Shown one piece after another: positions 27,077-38,971 of a stretch of DNA of 64,000 nucleotides (positions are counted from its first letter, which is position 1; every line of letters starts with the position of its first letter). This DNA comes from a virus. The stretch is from the IMG/VR virus record IMGVR_UViG_3300028833_000003. One strand, 5' to 3'. Both the position numbers and the translations under genes were made by a program. Below the pieces are notes generated by a model, which ran no database searches, was not told the DNA's origin, and saw only the letters and a program-made list of their open reading frames with translations.

Positions 27077-27835
27077 TTAATGTAAACTTTTCATCCAATC
27101 GTCTGGTTTACTGTCGGGTTTTCCGCCAGCCAAACGTGATCTTATATCTAAATCCCACCCGACATATAAGCCGTATCTCTCAATCAAATCATAGAGCTGA
27201 TAGACCGTAAGATTAAGGCAATCATCCAGACTCATGGATTCCAGAGCAATGGTGAGAATAGAAACATATCTAGATAAAACACCATCATTACCACCCGAGC
27301 CTCTACGCCGAGCAGCTTCACTACGACCCTTCATTAATTTCGCCGCAATTGCAGCAGCTTTATTACCTTTTGGATTATAATTTGAGTTCTAACCACCAGT
27401 CGCATTATTTAATCCACACACTTCTGTTAGAATTGCTTGCACAGTATCAAAATTATTTTCATCAAGAGTAAAAGAATGTTTTGTCGTAGCGTTATTAAAA
27501 AAAACTCCCATAGGTAAAAACTATGCAGTATATCCTGGGAAAAACAACATAAACAGTTGTTCGATGGTATTTTTCCGCTTCCCCGAATCCTAAATATTCG
27601 GGTTAGCTACTAATGTCATAAATATCTAAAAATTATTAAGGGCGGCTAAACTAGAAGCGCCCTATCCTGTCTAAGATGCTAAAAGCACTTTTCGATTAAA
27701 ACACACTAACTATAAGGCTAAAAAATATTCTTCTTCACCAATTAATGCAATTTCCGCGATTTTAGGCTAGTGGATTGTAGTCTATAACTCAACTACTGGG
27801 ATATTAGTCCCAGCCATTAAAGCTAATGAATTCAT
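27077..27835 (-). CDS. neck/tail-module protein (252 aa)
   Basis: ATG 27833-27835 overlaps the upstream TGA (ATGA). At least eight in-frame TAGs (e.g. 27389, 27521, 27590, 27626, 27662, 27671, 27710, 27767, 27782). Stop is TAA 27077-27079. Confidence 0.55.
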
Positions 27836-28365
27836 AATAATGGGTTCCGCTAATCTTCTTCTCCGTGAATAGCTTCATAAGTTAAACATAAACCCATCAA
27901 CTAATCATTAAGTAAAAGATTGCGCCCAGTTAAGAATTGAGTTTCCCCAATTCCAGTTAATTTTTTCTTATTGAAAAGACTATCAATTTCACCAGCAATC
28001 TTATAAGGACGTAACTAAAAATTGCCTAAATTCCAATGATCAGGATGACAAAGAATGTCAAATTCAATAATACAATCTCGATACACTGGATTCTTTTTAT
28101 TTGGCTAAAAATTATCCATTGAAATTAATACGTAATTAGGACACTCAGTAGAAACTTCTAGCTAAGGAACTATACGTATCTACTTATGAATCATAGAATA
28201 TTTTTGTTCTTGTGTTAAATCATTTGCTTTTAAACAATCTTTTTCAGTATAATAAAGTAATTTCATTAAACGTTGATCTTCCATCATTTTTTGAATAATC
28301 AACGCCAAATCTTTATCGACCGCCAAGAAACTTGATTTAGGAAAATAATCTTGCCCAACAATCAT
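27832..28365 (-). CDS. neck/tail-module protein (177 aa)
   Basis: ATG 28363-28365 follows AAAGGAGGAG. In-frame TAGs at 28180, 28162, 28105, 28015, 27901 and 27850. Stop is TGA 27832-27834. Confidence 0.65.
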
Positions 28366-28382
28366 ATTAACTCCTCCTTTAA

Positions 28383-29348
28383 TTAAAACAATGATTCAAC
28401 AACAATAGTTTTATGTAAATCTTCAATTAGCATATCATTATGAAATACAATTTCAAATTCACCACTAACCATTGGCAACCATTTTACAATTAAACCATTA
28501 TCTTGTTCATCTACTCGCCATTCAACTACATCATCAATATCTTTATTCTAAGATGTTGATACTACTGACCAGTCACCGCGAATACGACGATTTACATTAT
28601 ATTTAACTTCCTATCTTGGCTTAATAAATACTTCACCATCAATAGAAACATCAAATATATTCTGCTTAGGAGGATTAGGATCGGTAGGCTCAATTATATA
28701 TTCATCTCCATGACATTCATAATCTTCTTCTGCGACTATTTCTAAAATACCGGGTGTACTAATACTGTCAGGAGCCTGAACTTTCCAATATCTACCTTCA
28801 AATTCAAAGCGTTGATAACGTTCTAGCGCACGTATTGTTTCCTCAGTGCGTTTTACATATATGTCAAGAGTTAAATTAGGTACATCAGCAGCAATACCGT
28901 GCTTTTGAATTGTATTAATTTTAGTTTCAACAGGCCCGCGCACAGCCATCCATAAACCAAATTTTTCTTTAGTTTCTGGATCAGTAACTTCAACCCACTA
29001 GGCTCTGCGGCAATTTCCTCTAAAATATGCCAATTCAGTTAATTCTTGTTTGAGTATTAGCCAATGAATACCAGACTCTTTTGGCCATTCAAAACTATCT
29101 CCTGGCTTAAAATCATATCGCCAATCAACAGAGATAATCTTTTCATCATAGTCAAATTTTACTTTATCAGGATTAATTAATGCTAATACCCATTCACTGT
29201 CTTCTTCATCTTTTTTAATCCAAGCATGTTGATAAGAATAAAGAAGCGCACGATGGAATGAACGTCTTTTATCTCGAACCATGCGGTCATGTTGGCGGTC
29301 ATTAACCGCGGCACGTGCGCGAGCGCGCAAATTATCTAGTGCGTCCAT
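28383..29348 (-). CDS. head-tail module protein (321 aa)
   Basis: Fragments 28998..29348 and 28611..28949 are in one frame, joined by TAGs at 28998, 28611 and 28548. Stop is TAA 28383-28385. Confidence 0.65.
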
Positions 29349-29661
29349 CTAACTAATTCGCTAAATCAGTTAATAGTGAAATTGCACTAAAAACTGTTTT
29401 GCGATATATCATAAAATCGGCTTCGTCAAGCAGACCATACAATTCAGTAACAAATACTAAAAAGTCTAATTCACCGCCAAATATTTTGTCTAACCCACGA
29501 AGTTCAAGTAATACAGTTTTAATCTATCCTTGCCAATCCTCTTGATTTTCACGCATCGGCAATAATTTCCAAATCTGATTGACCAGACGACGCAAATCGG
29601 TCACTACAACACCTGGTTCAAATTTGAACTCAGTTGTTTCTGATTGCTTCCCACTTGCCAT
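29332..29661 (-). CDS. small head-tail module protein (109 aa), tentative
   Basis: ATG 29659-29661 overlaps the end of the upstream gene. The frame stays open through two TAGs to TAA 29332-29334. It is below the ORF-track cutoff because of the TAGs. Confidence 0.35.
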
Positions 29662-30211
29662 AATCAATACCATTATCGCTATCTGCGTCGCCAGATCCTT
29701 CATGAATAATCTTAACAGTACCAGCTAATGCAGCTTCTTCTTGCTTTGGAATAGCACTATCATTAAGCATATGCCAATTAGACATAACATGTCCAGTTTC
29801 TGGTACAATTTTACGCCGCTTATATAAACGTTGTGCGTGAATATTCTCGCGCCACACCTCAGTCTTTAAATTTAAAAGCTTCGCAAGATGATTAGCTTGC
29901 GAAGTAAATTTAAAATCTGAACCGCTATATTTCATGCGTGTATTTTCAATAGAAGAAATCTGTCGGTCCAACCATACGACTTTCATTAAAATAGCGAAAA
30001 TATTAATTTCTTCTCTGGTTAAATCAACATTGTATTGCTCTTGATCTGCGTCATAATCATATAGAGCAAATCTTGGAAATTCAAAGTAGGATATGGCATC
30101 TAATAGAATCTATTTACAATCACGAATAGTATCTTCCTCAGTCAATTCCAAATACTAATCATCTGTAATTTTACCAAGGAAGGCATTATAAATAGTTTCA
30201 AATGATGTCAT
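29630..30211 (-). CDS. head-tail connector-position protein (193 aa)
   Basis: ATG 30209-30211 follows AAGGGGGA. In-frame TAGs at 30155 and 30110. Stop is TGA 29630-29632. Confidence 0.6.
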
Positions 30212-30212
30212 A

Positions 30213-30812
30213 TTACTCCCCCTTTGCCTCTTCTTTCTGCACTACTTTATACTGAGGAGTAGTGCGGCGACCACTAGTTTTAGTTTCGGCCTATACTCTA
30301 CGGGTAGGTGCAGCCTTTACTTCCATACCACTATCAGTAGTATTTGCTTCTTCAGCCTGCGCAGCTTCAACTTCTGCCTTATGCTGCAAAGCAAGCGTTA
30401 TATCAAAACCAGTCTTTGCTTTAAGAGCTTCGCGCTTACGCGCATCATTGCAAGGCAATTCATAAGAATATTTCTTGATTAAATCTATTACACCATCAGG
30501 CGCAAAATCAAGGCAATCAAGGAATGCTTCAACGCTACCATTTTGAATTAAATCAATAACGCCTTTTTCATCCAAATAATATTCAGGTTCAATCCGAATA
30601 GGCATTTCCTTCACTACTTCTGTATCTTCAATAAATAGACTATCACGAAGCATTACAGTACCACCTGGAACAAAACTTAAAGCATCCAACTCTTCACGAG
30701 TAAGATTTTTTACTTCGCCAGGCTACCATTCGCGGCGAATGCCCATATCTGGAATCGTATAAATAAGCATTCTACTACTGCGATTACGCACTTTAATTTT
30801 ATTGTCTGCCAT
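30213..30812 (-). CDS. structural-module protein (199 aa)
   Basis: ATG 30810-30812 follows AAGGAG. In-frame TAGs at 30723 and 30291. Stop is TAA 30213-30215. Confidence 0.65.
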
Positions 30813-30841
30813 ATTTTTTTACTCCTTTTTCTCTTAAATTA

Positions 30842-30865
30842 GGACCGCCGCACTGGCGGCGGCCC
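30842..30865 (-). terminator. GC-rich hairpin after the capsid gene (possible attenuator)
   Basis: 9-bp stem with one mismatch, GGACCGCCG/CGGCGGCCC. No clear T-run follows. Confidence 0.35.
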
Positions 30866-30878
30866 TTATATATGATTA

Positions 30879-31934
30879 TTAATCGCCCGTTTCATTTGCA
30901 GAACGTGTAACATTCAATTGACCTTTAAGAGCATCGTCGATATATACGCAGATGTCTGGAGTCATAACAACACCAACGCCTACTTTCTTATAGACCTGAA
31001 TTTCACGGCTGCGATCCTTATTGACATATTCATCAACAATAGTGCTACCTTCCATAACAACCTTGGCAGGCTTTACAGCACCTGGAAGAATATAGCAATA
31101 ACCTGGGTCAATAACCTTTGTCTGATGAGTTGCATCAGTGAAGCCCTGTGGAAGAATAGTAATAGGATGATTCTTATAAGAAGCAAAACGACCATTATTC
31201 CAAATAGTATCCTTCATATTGTCAGAATACATAGCAGCATTAGCAGGACGAATCTTAGAAGCAAATTCTTCAGTGCAATAAATGGTAGGAGTACCATAAG
31301 CTGCAGCGATAGAAATTAAACGATCAAATGCTGCTTCATCCCAACCAGTAACTTCAGCAGTATTAAGAGCTGGAAGCTGATTCAAACCAGTCTTCAAAGC
31401 CTGACCGATTTCCCAATAAATGAGTTCGTCAAGACCTTCCATAACAATACGAGTTACCTCAGCAAAATCAGCACGACCATCAAGGAACTCTTCCAAACCA
31501 ATCTGAGCGGCACCGCCGATAGCACTGGTCTGTACTTCGATAGGCGTATCTTTACCAAGCTTAAATACTTCGTAAATACCAGCCAAACCGACCTTGGTGA
31601 TGAACTGCTTTGCACGCTGACGATCATGCCAACGCATAAAGATAGCCTTGTCACCCTGAGCCATGGTCTTTACTTCGGCAAACTTGCCATATTCCTGCTC
31701 AACTTTACGAGGAAGAACATCATCCATGGTCTGTTCGATTAATTCAAAGATAGTATTCTTATTTTCACGATAAAGAGCAAAAGTGCCTGCATACTCATTG
31801 AGTTCTTTACGAAGGGTCTCATTGAGTGCATCATAGGTGAGATTCTCACCATTAAATGAATATGCAACAGGAGCAGAGCGATCGGCCTTAGCTGTTGCCT
31901 TCATCAATTGAAGAAGTTCTTTCTTATCCAACAT
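30879..31934 (-). CDS. major capsid protein (HK97-fold type), 351 aa
   Basis: ATG 31932-31934 lies 7 nt after AAAGGAGAG. Uninterrupted ORF with no TAG. Follows the portal, protease/scaffold and 249-aa genes. Size and sequence style fit capsid proteins (recollection, not searched). Confidence 0.7.
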   Translation of the reverse strand: MLDKKELLQLMKATAKADRSAPVAYSFNGENLTYDALNETLRKELNEYAGTFALYRENKNTIFELIEQTMDDVLPRKVEQEYGKFAEVKTMAQGDKAIFMRWHDRQRAKQFITKVGLAGIYEVFKLGKDTPIEVQTSAIGGAAQIGLEEFLDGRADFAEVTRIVMEGLDELIYWEIGQALKTGLNQLPALNTAEVTGWDEAAFDRLISIAAAYGTPTIYCTEEFASKIRPANAAMYSDNMKDTIWNNGRFASYKNHPITILPQGFTDATHQTKVIDPGYCYILPGAVKPAKVVMEGSTIVDEYVNKDRSREIQVYKKVGVGVVMTPDICVYIDDALKGQLNVTRSANETGD

Positions 31935-31954
31935 TGTCAATCTCTCCTTTCCTA

Positions 31955-32704
31955 TTACTGAAGTCTCATAATTTTAACAGCTGGTTGCATATCGCCAAGA
32001 TTATAAACCTTAACTACCTGCCATACCATACCAGCAGGAAGAGCAGGAGCATTTTCACCACTAGGAGCGGTAACCTTAACAAGATAACCATCTTCGCCTG
32101 GGGCCAAAAGATCACCACGAGCTAAAGAACCTGGATCTGCTTTAATGCAGTTAGTAGTAAAAATATCACCCTCATGAGTCTTAAAGAGACGAGGTACCAT
32201 AATACCCTGGGTATCAGTAAAGAGCTGTGGCTGATTTAATACTTCAACTTCATACTTGTTACCAATAGCAAAATGATTACGACCAAAATCTTCACCAGGA
32301 TAGGTTTCGGTATGTCCATCTGGATAAATCTCACTATTAGCACCAATAGTCTTCATCAAAGGATTAAGATCAACATTATTAGCACCGGTTACACCAACTG
32401 GGCTATAAACAGAGCCGGTATAGTCACGACGGATCATTGCGAAGTCCTGATCGGTTTCGCCCTTGGCATAAACCTTTACTTCGTTATAAACTAACATCCA
32501 CTCGCCCTTGCCGGTAAAATTGACTACATTATTAGCATAGTCATACTTTGCAAACTGACCATTCTCAAGAATCTTAATATTCTTAGCTGCTGGCAACTGT
32601 GCATAAATCTCGCCAGTGCGCTGTGCAGACAAATGGTTAGGTTCAACCTGACCGAAGCCATAAGTTACATAAGTGGCTACCGGTGAAAGTCTTTTAAAAG
32701 CCAT
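31955..32704 (-). CDS. head decoration/auxiliary capsid protein by position (249 aa)
   Basis: ATG follows AAAGGAGGA. No TAG. Lies between the scaffold-like and capsid genes. Confidence 0.45.
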   Translation of the reverse strand: MAFKRLSPVATYVTYGFGQVEPNHLSAQRTGEIYAQLPAAKNIKILENGQFAKYDYANNVVNFTGKGEWMLVYNEVKVYAKGETDQDFAMIRRDYTGSVYSPVGVTGANNVDLNPLMKTIGANSEIYPDGHTETYPGEDFGRNHFAIGNKYEVEVLNQPQLFTDTQGIMVPRLFKTHEGDIFTTNCIKADPGSLARGDLLAPGEDGYLVKVTAPSGENAPALPAGMVWQVVKVYNLGDMQPAVKIMRLQ

Positions 32705-32725
32705 TGTAGCTTCCTCCTTTATTTA

Positions 32726-34063
32726 TTACATATTTTTGGCGGTTTCGCGCACGGCCTTAATCCAGGCAGGAGCGTTATCTGACTCGCCCGTTTCATCTAA
32801 ATTGAAAGTGAAGTCTTTTTCAGGCTTCTTTTCAGTATCAAGGTCGAAACTTACCTTGTTACGAACACAAAGAATACATAATTTAGCTTCAATATCGTCC
32901 AAAGAATATTCATCAATCTTTGAAACTACATCAGCCTTATCGGCATCTGTAAGCATATAGAAACTATCAATCATGTCTTGCTTAGCCTTGCGATCGGCAT
33001 CAGCCTTGAACTTGCGCAATGGCTCAAGTTCAGCAGTAAGAGAATTTACCTGCTCTTGAAGAGAAGCGAACTGTGATTGAAGATCCTTGTAAAGTTCAGA
33101 CTCAGTAATCTCTTCATCAGAAAGAGAATGCTTGGTCTTTTTCTTCTTTTTATCTTCGTCTTCATCATCTTCTGGTTCAGACTTGTCATCCTCACCATCG
33201 CCTTTATCAGATGCGGGCTTGTCTTCTTCCTTCTTCTTTTCATCAGAAGGATCTTCGCCTTTATCTTCTGGCTTGTCCTCGTTTTCTTCCTCGTCCTTGG
33301 GCTTCTTCTTAAATTCAGTATCATCGTCCAAGGGGAGGTTCTCTTCAACAGGAGGATTTAATTTTTCATTCTCATTGTCCATGTGAGCATTTCCTCCTTT
33401 TTCCAGCATTGCTTTAATTTCCCCGACCATAGCATACATTGTCTGCTTAAAGTCATCATCTAGGGAGAATGTTGCAGCAATTCCGGCGCCTTCAAAGCAA
33501 GGTTCGCAATCCTCACCGAGAATGCAAAGTTTGGAAATTACTGCCTCATTGATTATAAAAAATTCAGGCCATCCATTATCGTCAAATGACCAATCTCCGT
33601 TAGTAAGACTTTCATCTAACTCCATTGATTGATTATTCCCATTTGTTAAAATACGCTTAGATTCTGGATATGCCCCAGTCCAAATCCACCCTTCGGTCAT
33701 TAGATACTCATGATCTACGCCATCATCAGTGAATGTTTGAAACCATACTTTTGCGTTCATATCTACAAATCCATAAGGACGTGTAGTATCAACAATTCTT
33801 ATGCCATCGCCACGAATTTCTAAGTTCTTATTATGCTGCTCAAAATCATCTTTGTTTTCATTATAAAAACCAACGATTGGGCAGCCCGGCAAAGACTTAG
33901 CCATTTCAGTCGCAACAGCCTTGGTGATAACACTACCATTGCGGTTAGGTTCATCACCCACATAACATACTTTAATTTCACAATGTGAAATTAAAGGATT
34001 AACGGGAGTAAAATTCAATAATGAAATTGTATTTTCCCGCGGTATGCTTATATGACGAGCCAT
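32726..34063 (-). CDS. prohead protease-like domain fused to an acidic linker and scaffold-like coiled coil (445 aa)
   Basis: ATG follows AAGGAGGGAG. The N-terminal ~210 aa resemble XkdF-type phage protease domains (recollection). There is a D/E/K low-complexity tract (33080-33330) and a helical C-terminus. No TAG. Confidence 0.55.
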   Translation of the reverse strand: MARHISIPRENTISLLNFTPVNPLISHCEIKVCYVGDEPNRNGSVITKAVATEMAKSLPGCPIVGFYNENKDDFEQHNKNLEIRGDGIRIVDTTRPYGFVDMNAKVWFQTFTDDGVDHEYLMTEGWIWTGAYPESKRILTNGNNQSMELDESLTNGDWSFDDNGWPEFFIINEAVISKLCILGEDCEPCFEGAGIAATFSLDDDFKQTMYAMVGEIKAMLEKGGNAHMDNENEKLNPPVEENLPLDDDTEFKKKPKDEEENEDKPEDKGEDPSDEKKKEEDKPASDKGDGEDDKSEPEDDEDEDKKKKKTKHSLSDEEITESELYKDLQSQFASLQEQVNSLTAELEPLRKFKADADRKAKQDMIDSFYMLTDADKADVVSKIDEYSLDDIEAKLCILCVRNKVSFDLDTEKKPEKDFTFNLDETGESDNAPAWIKAVRETAKNM

Positions 34064-34075
34064 TTTACTCCCTCC

Positions 34076-35677
34076 TTAACCTTGTGAATTCTTATTAGCG
34101 ATAGTTTTATCTGATTTTTCACTATCAGCTTTTTCTGGTCGCCCACCTGTATTACTATCAGATTTGGCCGTTTTACTCTAACTTACTTCGCCCGCAGTTT
34201 TACCACTAGAACCAACTGCTTTACCAGACATAGTAGAAGACATCATTGGCGGTATCATAATATCAGACAAATGAAGTATCTCATTCTCGAAATGAGCAGT
34301 AGCTAAAATAGAACTCTGCCGTTGTCCCATAGCAACAAGAGGTAACATTTTAGAATAACCAATCTGCACTAATTCTTTATAGAATTTCGCAACTTCTTGG
34401 TAATTATAAATGGTAGTTTCTAACATATAGCTGCGGAAACTATACCGTTTATTTGGGGGACACTTTTTAGTTATCATTTTATTAAGGAAGGCTTCATACT
34501 GTAACAATAAGTTACGCATAGTGGCTTCATCGTTTAAAATAGATGATTGCAAAGCGATGTTTCCATCACTATTGAATAAATTTTGTGAAACACCAAATTC
34601 ATTATAGACTTGTCTCTCAATCTTCTCCAAACCATCCGCCGCGGCAGCAGTGCTATTTGAGTCAGCCATATCTGCAACATCAACGTCCGCAAAGGTAGTT
34701 AATACATCAACACCGACCGCACGTTTTAACATACTAACTGCATTATTATGAATATCACGTGCTTCATCAACGTCGAATATTAAATCACCATTTTTATCAA
34801 GAGGCAATTTCTAAATCAATACTTTTAATAACTATTGCATGGTCTTACGACGGTCTAAATCCTGCGCCTAGTCTAAATCAATTAATGTAGGAATAGAATT
34901 AACCAAAATTGGCATATCCGACCCATTTAAATTAAATTTAAACGCGGCAGCTGTATCCAACAAATACCAACCTTCACTATCACCAATGCCATCGCCCATT
35001 AGCTTATGCCGCTTATATAATAAATATCCTTCTTGGAAATCTTCTGGGAACATTTTCAAAATCTTCATACGATAAACCGCATCAGGAAATTTATCATCAA
35101 AGAAGCGCATATTAAATTCAATAGCCGGCATCCCAGCTTTAAAATAGCGACTGCGGCAATAATCAGTTGGTAGCTCTTGAATTGTCATACAGTCTTTGGT
35201 ATCAACCCAATAACCATAATAACAACCATCTCGAATAACCTTTAATGCAATATCGCCAAATACTTTTTTGAGATTAGAATTATCTAAATAAGTAAGTATT
35301 CGCGCAAATTCTGTCAGCACTTTATCTTCTTTTAATTTATCATCTTCGATAATATATGGCGTAACATAATAATCATAACGATAAAGGAAGGCGAAGTATT
35401 TACATAAACGTTCATAAATACCAGATATATCATAGAAATATTGTGATACTAAACGTTGAGTTGCATAATCTTTTTGCGCGAGTGCTTTTAAAATAAAATT
35501 CTTATCTGCATAAGTACGATTGTTTTTCTTTAATGAGCCAAGGTCCAATATAGCATCTTCCAAATTTTGTAAGCCGACTTTAATTTTACGGAAGTCTATA
35601 CTGTCATAATGAGGTGCGACAACTGGCTCAGACATAGAAAATCCTTTGGCTTTAATTTCATCCTAATTTCTTGGCAA
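34076..35677 (-). CDS. portal protein (about 533 aa)
   Basis: Fragments 34868..35635 and 34178..34807 are in frame, joined by TAGs. TTG 35675-35677 lies 8 nt after AAGGAGG; ATG 35635 is an alternative start. Stop is TAA 34076-34078. Sits between TerL and the protease/scaffold gene. Confidence 0.7.
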
Positions 35678-35690
35678 TCATCTCACCTCC

Positions 35691-36047
35691 TTAGTATCCA
35701 GCTTTTTTCATAATATAATCATAACTTAACAAATGTTCTTCTGTATAAGGAATTTCTATTAATTTATATCCATTCAAAGCACAAAAACGTCGTTTTAAAT
35801 TATCATTATACTACTGTTGGAAAAATCCTTTTTTACCACCATATTTGGCAGAAGGCTAATAATGCTATTTTCCTTGATACTCTATTAAAAAATCTATTTC
35901 TCCATCATCATCAAATACACAAAAATCAAATTTTAATGGTCTTCCACTTGTACTTACTAATCCTGCAAATTGCTGCTCCATAGTAAAATTAGCATCAGCT
36001 GCTTCTAGGATTTCGCGGATAGTAATTTCTCCTCTACTTGCATTCAT
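35691..36047 (-). CDS. small nuclease-like protein (118 aa) between TerL and portal
   Basis: ATG follows GAGGGGAG. In-frame TAGs at 35865, 35856 and 35811. The segment DFCVFDDDGEIDFLIEYQGKQHY resembles a PD-(D/E)xK / Vsr-like core (motif only). Confidence 0.4.
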
Positions 36048-36051
36048 ATCT

Positions 36052-37788
36052 TTAACTCCCCTCAGTAAAAAACATCATATCACTAAGTCGCCCACGCTTA
36101 CGTTTTTTACTATCCTCTTCCTACTTAATGTAGTATAATCCGTATTCAAATGCTGAAAACTTATCCTTGCGGATAGTATTATTTGCACGCTTTAAAATGA
36201 TATTAACACCTTCATTTTCTTCGCGCAAATTCATCATTTCTTCTTTCAATATGGAAGTCAAAGTAAATGGTTTAAGATATTCTGCCCTTTCTTCGGGTTT
36301 CATCTCTTGTCCGCGTTTTGTTCCCATTAATTTATTTTTAGCAGCTCGCTCACTAATTAACATTTTTACACGCCCTGATGATAACTGAGTTTGTGCATTT
36401 GCGTGAGCCTCAGTGTTAATAGGCGCATTTGCTTTAATTAAATAAAGTGCATCATACTCGCAATTATTAGTTTGATACTTTTTATAATAATTATCTTCAT
36501 CATTATAAACACCAAAATCTGGGTATGTATCATTTGTGTCTGGATCTACTTGACCTTTAATCATATAATCGACTAGACCAATACCCAAACCGTTAGCATC
36601 AATTACTATACGCTTAGCTTTAAATTTATAATATAATTTCTTTAAATAAATTGCCTAATCTTCAAAGTGTTCATCTGACATTGTAAAAATATTTACTAAT
36701 GTTTTAATAGATGCGCCAGCACTTTGCGGCGTTACTTTAAATACACAAACAACAGAATCACAACCTTTGCGGCCAACATCAACAGAGAGTACATAATATG
36801 CTGTACTACGAGAACGTCCAGAATACTCATACTCTGGCTAATTTAATTTACGATTACGTTCAAATTGTTCGCTATTGAAGAAAGCATCTTCAACTGTGCC
36901 AGACCATTTAGACTCATACTCTCTATCAAAAGATGACTCATTAAATGTACCATCCATTTTTAAGTCTTTAATAAATGACTTAGAAAGCAAGCCCATGATA
37001 ACTGGGATGCGCCAGGTTCCGCCCATAATAAATGCTTTATCTGGGTCGATAATCTATTGTACCAATAGCGTCATCAACTTATCGTAAGCAAATGTATTCT
37101 TCCATCCTGCTGTTGTAATATATAATTGTGATTTATTTAAAGTTTCCTCTTCGCGCACCTCGCCGCTAGCGCAACGTCGCGCAACGTTCATTGTAGGAAT
37201 TATAACTTCGTTTAAGATTGTACCATCAACACCAACGCACTCTTCAACAACACCGGCATGACGACGCTTACCACGCGAGGTATCTCTTGCCGCAATATTG
37301 TCAAACCAAGAGCCATTGTAAAAAACGTATTTACAGTAGTCTTTGCCTTCCATTGTTTTTCCTCGGCGGAAATCAATTTCGTGCGCGAAAGCTGGTATTA
37401 ATGTACAAATTTCAGAAACTTTTTCTTTCATAATGCCGCTGGCCTGCTCTTTACCGCCAGAGGTAACGAATAAATGCGCACCTGGGTACAAGATACAACG
37501 AATAATAAGTATCATAACGGCTAAGAATGATTTAGAATAAGCACGAGGGAATACTGCATACACGTATTTTTTACGCATCGCCGCACGCATGAACACTCTT
37601 TGGTAATAAAATAACTAAAAATTATTAGGATTACCAAATTGTAGCATAAAATCTACAAATAAATCTGGGTATTCACGCCAAAAAGCAACATATTGGCGCG
37701 CGATGGGTATAATAGCCCTTACGCGCTCCTCAGATAATCCTATTTTATTTAAATCATTGCGCAAATTGAGTAAATCACTTAATGCCAT
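36052..37788 (-). CDS. terL: terminase large subunit (578 aa)
   Basis: Three ORF-track fragments (37054..37596, 36838..37026, 36121..36588) are in one frame, joined by TAGs. ATG 37786-37788 follows AGAGGTGG. ATPase- and nuclease-like halves are present. Stop is TAA 36052-36054. Confidence 0.8.
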
Positions 37789-37799
37789 TAGACCACCTC

Positions 37800-38969
37800 T
37801 TATTCATCTGTAAGAGATTGCATCCACTCTGCATCCTCTTCCTCTTGTTCTTCAAGGAAGTCGAAGTGATTTTCAAAATCTTCGTCCTTTAATTCTTCCA
37901 AATCTTCAATATCAAGTTCTTCATCGTCATCATCATCAGTCGTTAAGTCGGCTTCATTAGCATTAGATTTCTAAATTTCAATAATAGCCTGCTCAATACG
38001 GTCGCCTAAGTGCATCTCTTCGCGCACCAAGGTATCTGTATATTTTTGCATGTCCTTTAATGTTTCATCAACGTGGTCTTTTGGACTATCAACATAATAT
38101 TTTGGAATAAAACCTTCCTGCTCGCAAATACGCACAAGCTCACCGACCGCATTTACATACTCGCCATTTTCATTTTTATTTTGCGCAGCAGTAAATTTAG
38201 CGGATTTCATTAACATGTCGTAGGTGCGCATTAGCTTTTGGAAGCCTTCAACATCGCCTAAGTCCAAAAGCTGATGCCCTTTAAGAGAGGTTTTACAAAT
38301 AAACTTTAATTGGTCGATGTGCGCTGGTGTCTAAATGTCGAACGCTTCCATCATATCAGAGTAGAATTGTTCTAACTACACCCACTCATGTGGTCGATAT
38401 GTTTTACCCCATTTAATAGATAGATATTTCTTATCTTCTTCTGTTAAATCATCCTAAAAATCATCTGGTGTTAATAAATCAATTGGGGCTGGCGCAGCTT
38501 CTTCTTGTTTCGCCTACGGGTTGGCCCACTCAGGCTTCTCAGGCTTAAAATCTTTTTTAAGTTCATCGTCGATTTGTAATCCATCATAGCCCTATTCTTT
38601 CATGGCCGCAATTTTTTGCTATTCCAGTTCGGCCTAAATCCTCTCAGTATCCGCCCAACGATAATCCTTAAATTGTTTGAGTTTCATCTTGGACAAATAA
38701 CGGCCCAAAATTGTAACACCGGTTACTTTATTGCGGTCTTTGCCATATTTTTCTAGTAGTGAGTTCCACTCTTGCGGGATATATGGAACGTCGCATTCTT
38801 CTAATATCCATAAGTAAGTCTATGGATCCCAGTTATCAACATGTCGTGTAATACACTTTTTACACTCAAAAAGCTTACCATCTTTCGGGTATTTATCTAA
38901 ACGGTATGATTGATAAAACTAATTGCCGTCCATGGTGCGGCCGCACGTTTTGCAATAATAATCTGCCAT
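37800..38969 (-). CDS. small-terminase-position protein with an N-terminal CxxC...CxxC zinc ribbon and acidic tail (389 aa)
   Basis: ATG 38967-38969. Ten in-frame TAGs by hand count (38919, 38820, 38634, 38619, 38592, 38514, 38454, 38376, 38331, 37971). Stop is TAA 37800-37802. Directly upstream of terL. Confidence 0.45.
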
Positions 38970-38971
38970 AA

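Noticed and set aside
1518-33386. Alternative-frame or antisense ORFs inside structural genes (1518..1706, 13162..13344, 17776..18015, 17819..18019, 26114..26341, 31454..31654, 33046..33348, 33077..33386 and others).
   Set aside because: They are embedded in longer, better-supported frames. The ones at 33.0-33.4 kb are mirror images of the acidic/lysine low-complexity linker.
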